Source of the DNA: an uncultured Methanosarcinaceae archaeon
GTDB taxonomy: Archaea > Halobacteriota > Methanosarcinia > Methanosarcinales > Methanosarcinaceae
DNA: 64,000 nt
Direction: 5' to 3'
Assembly (NCBI GenBank): GCA_963733675.1
Contig: CAVTET010000004.1
Span: forward strand, 64,001 to 128,000
Shown: positions 58,819 to 64,000 of the stretch, piece after piece
How the letters are laid out: every line of letters begins with the position of its first letter
How positions within the stretch are numbered: position 1 is the stretch's first letter
Notes under the pieces: generated by a model
What the model was told of the DNA's origin: nothing
The model's input: only the letters and a program-made list of their open reading frames with translations
Database searches by the model: none
Translations under genes and position numbers: made by a program

Positions 58819-59851
58819 GCTTTATGAGTTTTGAATTTAGTACGAGTATTTGGGAAATAAACTCAAAAAGAACAATGTGTTTCATATATATATATTTCTG
58901 CAAAAACGCTGTCAATAAAGTATTGCGAAAAAACAAGTTATCTGCTGAAAGTAGACTATATGATGTTGTAGATCCAAGTACTTAAGTACTAACGATTAAA
59001 GACACTTCCATGCTAATGTCGTTTGTGAGATAGAGAAGAAATTAGAAGTCACCTAATTTAAGAATCACAACACCAACTTTGCCAAATACTGTATAATTAT
59101 CAGCATAATCACTAAGGATAGTCCTTTAAAGATTTATCTAAATTCTCTAAATTAATCCACTTTTCAGTTTAATATGAACTAAAATAAATATCTATACTGT
59201 TTACAGCTTTTGTTTATTTTTACTTGAAAATATAATAGTATGTATCGAGTAAAATAATATATATGTATTATTTTGTGACTTTGCAAGACTGCAAGTAACA
59301 TCTACCTATTCAATATATCTCTGAGTTCTGAATTTCTGTTTGACCGCATGTACTGATTACAGTCTGGTTACGGTTTCTGATAACAAAACTATAGGATTGA
59401 TTTCATTATTATCTCCGGGTGAGGAAATATATCTAACTATTTACTCAGGCACGTGAATTCAGATGTCGGTATCCAATCTTATGCTTTAAATATAACCAAA
59501 GGATAGGACACTGATCGGCCCAAAGTAAGTTTCTCATTCGATGGACATGGGGAAAAGTATGCTAGCCCCCACAAACTCAAATATATTATAGGTGTATATA
59601 CTTCCCGGTTAACAAGTTCATATCCACTAGTTCGTGTAATGGTTCCATATCCAGTCACATGTTGAGTAGTAATGGTCAGGTAGTAGTAGTGAATACTTGC
59701 ATCTATTGATTAATAAATTCGGAGAAATCTATTTTCAAACCCGAAGGCACTTTCATTATGCAAGCTATTTGCTGTAACTTTGCCGCTTCAGCTAGCTATG
59801 GTCATATATGTATCAGTTTAGCTATTCATCTCCAAGAAACTTCATAATCAT

Positions 59852-60197
59852 CTATATATCAGCCTGATCAACACCAATTTCTCTATTAATGACCATTCCT
59901 TTCGCAGCTTTTATCTCTCCAGTTTCTTTATTAACAGCCACTCCTTTCGCAGTTTTTATTCCTCCATTTGCATTACCTATGGCCATTCCTTTCGTAGCTA
60001 TCATTTGTCCATTTTCAGTATCTACTACTTCTCCTTTCGCAGCTATCGTCTATCCATTTTCAGTATCCATTGCCACTCCTTTTGCAGCTTTTACCACAAC
60101 AGGTTCTGGCTTACTGCTACAGCTGTTACTGATACTACAAAAAGCTACCAGCAAACTAGCCGTACTTTTTTATTCTACTGGATGATTGTTTCAACAT
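59852..60197 (-). pseudogene. Secreted protein with five 15-aa repeats (AAKGxAxxxxNGxIK)
   Basis: Leader MLKQSSSRIKSTASLLVAFVVSVTAVAVS, a frameshift, then 45-bp repeats with one in-frame TAG. Confidence 0.65.
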
Positions 60198-60773
60198 TCG
60201 TGTCACTCCATTTTATTAATTTAGATACAATTTTAATCGGTTAGGACTTATGCAGTTAAATTGAAAAAATATACTATTGACAAAATTGTGATTGGCCTTC
60301 CAAATAGTGTTTATCTTTCACTCATTTATCGACATTAAGTCATTAGTATGTGATTTTTAATATAACTATATAAATTCAGAATTAATATTAATGATTGGAT
60401 ATATACATATATATTAATTAGTATATATTATTAGATATTTAAATTTTTAGAGTGTTACTTCTATTTTACACATCCTAAGTTTTACAGAAATTATACAATA
60501 TGGAAAGAAAATATCATATTTAAGAAGCAGAGTGGTTTTGGTATCACCTAACTAGAAACCAGTATTAAGACTAGTAGTCTCAATACTCATTGATATAAAT
60601 GAAGACTGAATAAAAGGAAACAAGTAGGTTAATTAATTCCAAATGTTCCATGATACCCATTTTGCTCTATGAGTCCCATAAGCTCCAGAAGTCGTAGATC
60701 AGTAACCTTTTCTTATTTCGAATGGAACTTAGGAAATTCAGAGATTTAAATACAAAGAACTATCTAACCTATA

Positions 60774-63700
60774 TTAGATGATGCTTTTTTCTTTTTCTGT
60801 TAGTATGAACCTAATAGTAAATTCCGTCCCATTACCCCTTTTCAGCTTAAGTTCTCCATCTAATTGATCTACTAGGATGGTTACCAACTGCATACCAAGA
60901 CTGTTGGGATTTTCTAAATCGATACTTTTAGGTATACCTATCCCATCATCTGAAACTTTCAACATGAAACTATTACTCTTAAAGCCTTTATATTTGCTTT
61001 CTTCTCTGCTATTTATGAATTCTCCGTCTTCTCCCCTACATAGTTTGATATAAATTTTCCCTTCCCCCCTCCCTGAAAATGCATGTTTAAGAGAGTTTGA
61101 AACCAGTTCATTGACAATTATTCCAAAAGGAACAGCATCATCAATATTTAAGAGTGCATTTTCTTCCAGATCCATGTGCAGATGAATGTTTTTGTCATTT
61201 AGTCTGTAAGTCTGGAAAAGTTTTTCAACCAATTCTCGAATGTATGTCGAAAAATCCAGCGTCTCTAATTTTTTGCCTTTATATAGTTCCTCGTGGATCA
61301 GAGCCATAGATATAACTCTATCTCTGCTTTCTCTGAAAGCTTCCAAAACTTCCGAATCTTTAATATACTCTCGATTTTTAAACTTCTCAGCCTGAAGATC
61401 TAGTAGGGAAGAAATCACTTGCAAATTATTTTTGATTCTGTGATGGAGTTCTTGCTTTCTAGTTATTTCAGCTTTTAATACAGATTTTTCGGCATCAATT
61501 TTCTGAGTAATATCTCTAGAAATAGCTGAGATAGCCACAAGCTCTCTAGATGCATCAAAAACCGGAGAAAGAACTATTGAAACATATATTAACTTATTAC
61601 CTTTTCTTAACCTTGAAGTTATGTAGTGCTGGATTTTTTCTCCCAGCTTAACCTTTTCAACTAACTTTTTTGTTTCACCTTTGAGATCAGCTGGTGCGAG
61701 TATCGCTACGCCTTTTCCTAAAATTTCTTCAGATGAATAACCATAAATCCGCTCTGCACCCTTATTCCAGCTAGTAATAATACCATCAAGGGATAAAGTA
61801 ATGATGGCATCATTTGACGATTCCACAATATTCGCTAATCTCTGAATTTTCTCTTCAGCTTTTTTACGTTCAGTAATATCCTGAACTATTCCCTTTATTC
61901 CAATGGGGATCTTTTTTTCATCAAAAATAGATTCGGCTTGTATATGGACTGTGCGTTCTTCCCCATTATCTAAGATAATCCTATGATCAATGCTATAAGG
62001 TTCCCCATTTATAGCTTCCTTAAAGGCATTATCCACATAGTCTCGATCTTTGGGATGCACATAACTTAAATATTCAATGTAAGATGGATCTAATTCTCGC
62101 GAACCACGTCTAAAAATACGACGCAATTCATCAGACCAATGTGCTTTATCAGTTACAATATCCCACTCCCAACTCCCAATATGAGACATTTTTTGGGCTT
62201 CAGCACGCCTACTTTCACTTTCCTTTAACTAGTTATAAGCTTTCTCGAGCTGGTTTGTTTGCATTTCAACTAGTTTTTCTAAATTATCACGTGCTGTTTT
62301 TAAAATTTCCTCTGTTTCTTTGCGCTCGGTGATGTCTATGAATGCAGCAACAGAACCGCGCGGGTTACCCTGCTCGTCCACGCAAGGATCTAGCATTACC
62401 CAACAAATGTCGCAGCTCACCATGAGGATAGACCATGTCGAACTCGTAGTCATGTACCTCTGTGCCTGTAGCCGCCATCCTCAAGGGCATCTGCACAGAC
62501 TGGTTATCCGCTATATTCTTGGAAAAGCTAACCTCCTCAGTCCCTCCCCCTTCCGGTGCAGATTTAAATTCGTGGACATCATTCGAAATATGAAACAATT
62601 CATAGGAAAGCTTGTTCCCAGTTATATAAAGCGCCTTGGGATCGTGCGCTATCAATACTGCGGCGGGCACTGCATCCAATACTGCTGTTAATTCCCCCAA
62701 GCGAGCGCATTCCCTTTTTTCGCTCTCTTTCAGCGCACTCACCAAGAGATCTCGTTCCACAAGCAACTGAGCCAGCTTGAAATTGCTATAGCTTAGTTGT
62801 GAGAGTGTATTGGCAAATGCCATGAGGAAGGACATACCCGTTTCCACAATTTTTCTACTCAACCGGAGAACTTTATTAAGCGCTGCCATGTATTCTACTT
62901 CATTGAAGCCGTATTTTCTAGCTTGGGATCTAAAAAATTCATAGTCCAGAGGCTCATCATCAAAAAAAAACTGTCCTGAGAAGATATAGCCGACATGCTG
63001 GTCATCCGACATGATAGGAGTTACTATATCCCACATATCGTTCTTACACTTGTACATCTTAAGTTCTCTAGGGGTAGCGACCGAGACTAGTTTTGTATCA
63101 CTTTCTACGCAGTACTTGAAAGCTTGTGGATGAACCCTATGGAATTTAGTGCAGATATCCCTGCCATCCAGCGCTTACCAGAACATTGCCTTTGAGGTCG
63201 TTTATGCCTATAGGCATGTTAGCAAGCTTATAGAAATCATTCATGAGAGACTGAATAACCTGGATATCAATTATATCAGCAAGCACCAGATTTTCTATCT
63301 TCCTAGCAGGTGAGAGAATATTTCCCAATTTCATCTTGATTTGTTTCTCATTCCGGCGAAGCTCCATTTCAACTCTTCTGCGCTCGTTGATATTACGGGC
63401 GACATGAATACAACCTGTGAGTTTTCCCTCAGAATCATAAAGTGGAGAGGCACTTACTATAAAATAACCACCGAGAAAATCCTCACAAATCTCCACAGTG
63501 TGTTCAAGGCAATCATTAAGCAACTGCCTGTGCGGACAAAAAAAGGGAGGCTCATCCGTTCCATGTACAATCCTATAGCAAGTCAATCCAATGCACTGTT
63601 CTGGTGTCATCCCCAAACTTGCTGCCATGGCATTGTTTGCACGAACAATTCGAAATTCAGTATCTAATATGGCTATCAGATCTGGCACAGCATCAAAGGT

Positions 63701-64000
63701 ATATTTCCAATCCTTTGTGGCGTGAATAACTGCTTCCTCAGCTTTTTGTCTCCCGAAATTAATTATCTTCTCCCATTTTCCTTCCTTTTTGCTCAAAGAA
63801 AATTGATGGTTGGAGACCACTTCAACAATATCGATTGTGCTATACTTGTCGACAAGGTATGAGCCCAAAGCTATCATTCTGTATTTACCGATAATATCAT
63901 CCAATTTTCCAATATAATCAACAAAATAACCCCAATCCCTTTTTTCCACCCAAGAAACATTCCCACTTAACCTCAGCCCGCTGTAGCCATTTTCAAGAGC
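60774..64000 (-). pseudogene. Multi-sensor histidine kinase (MEDS-like, PAS, PocR, PAS, HisKA_2/HATPase) with several frameshifts and a TAG; runs off the window
   Basis: ELHHRIKNNLQVISSLL, NELVSNSLKHAF, SDDGIG, the PocR GWQ/CK motifs and PAS DITERK repeats split across four ORFs. Confidence 0.85.

Noticed and set aside
59852-62231. Pyrrolysine read-through of in-frame TAG codons
   Set aside because: The TAGs occur in genes with additional frameshifts, and where a sister repeat allows comparison they replace Gln; no methylamine methyltransferase context.

Overview
AT-rich archaeal DNA, very likely from Methanosarcina (archaeosine synthase ArcS, group I GroES/GroEL, a PAS/PocR HisKA_2 kinase, TPR/YVTN/pentapeptide proteins and Methanosarcina-type IS/MITE ends). 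Apparently intact genes include the MTA/SAH deaminase, arcS, a YgiQ-type radical SAM protein, leuA, groES/EL, lemA and htpX. They sit among more than 20 decayed genes and many IS relics (IS6 x2, IS5, IS200/IS605, IS1634-like, ISAs1-like) plus at least two MITE families. The strongest lead is leuA: its catalytic N-terminus has no in-frame ATG/GTG/TTG. The first ATG after the promoter opens an 18-codon ORF that reaches the LeuA frame only by a +1 shift at TTT-TTA (Phe, then the first Leu codon), just after an internal SD-like motif. This is a candidate leucine-sensing programmed frameshift. Other leads are a TetR module with three candidate operators and two paralogous small proteins, a set of secreted low-complexity proteins sharing one leader type, a family A DNA polymerase relic, a split tnpB and a probable ATC start codon. 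All family calls come from motif recognition by eye; no searches were run.
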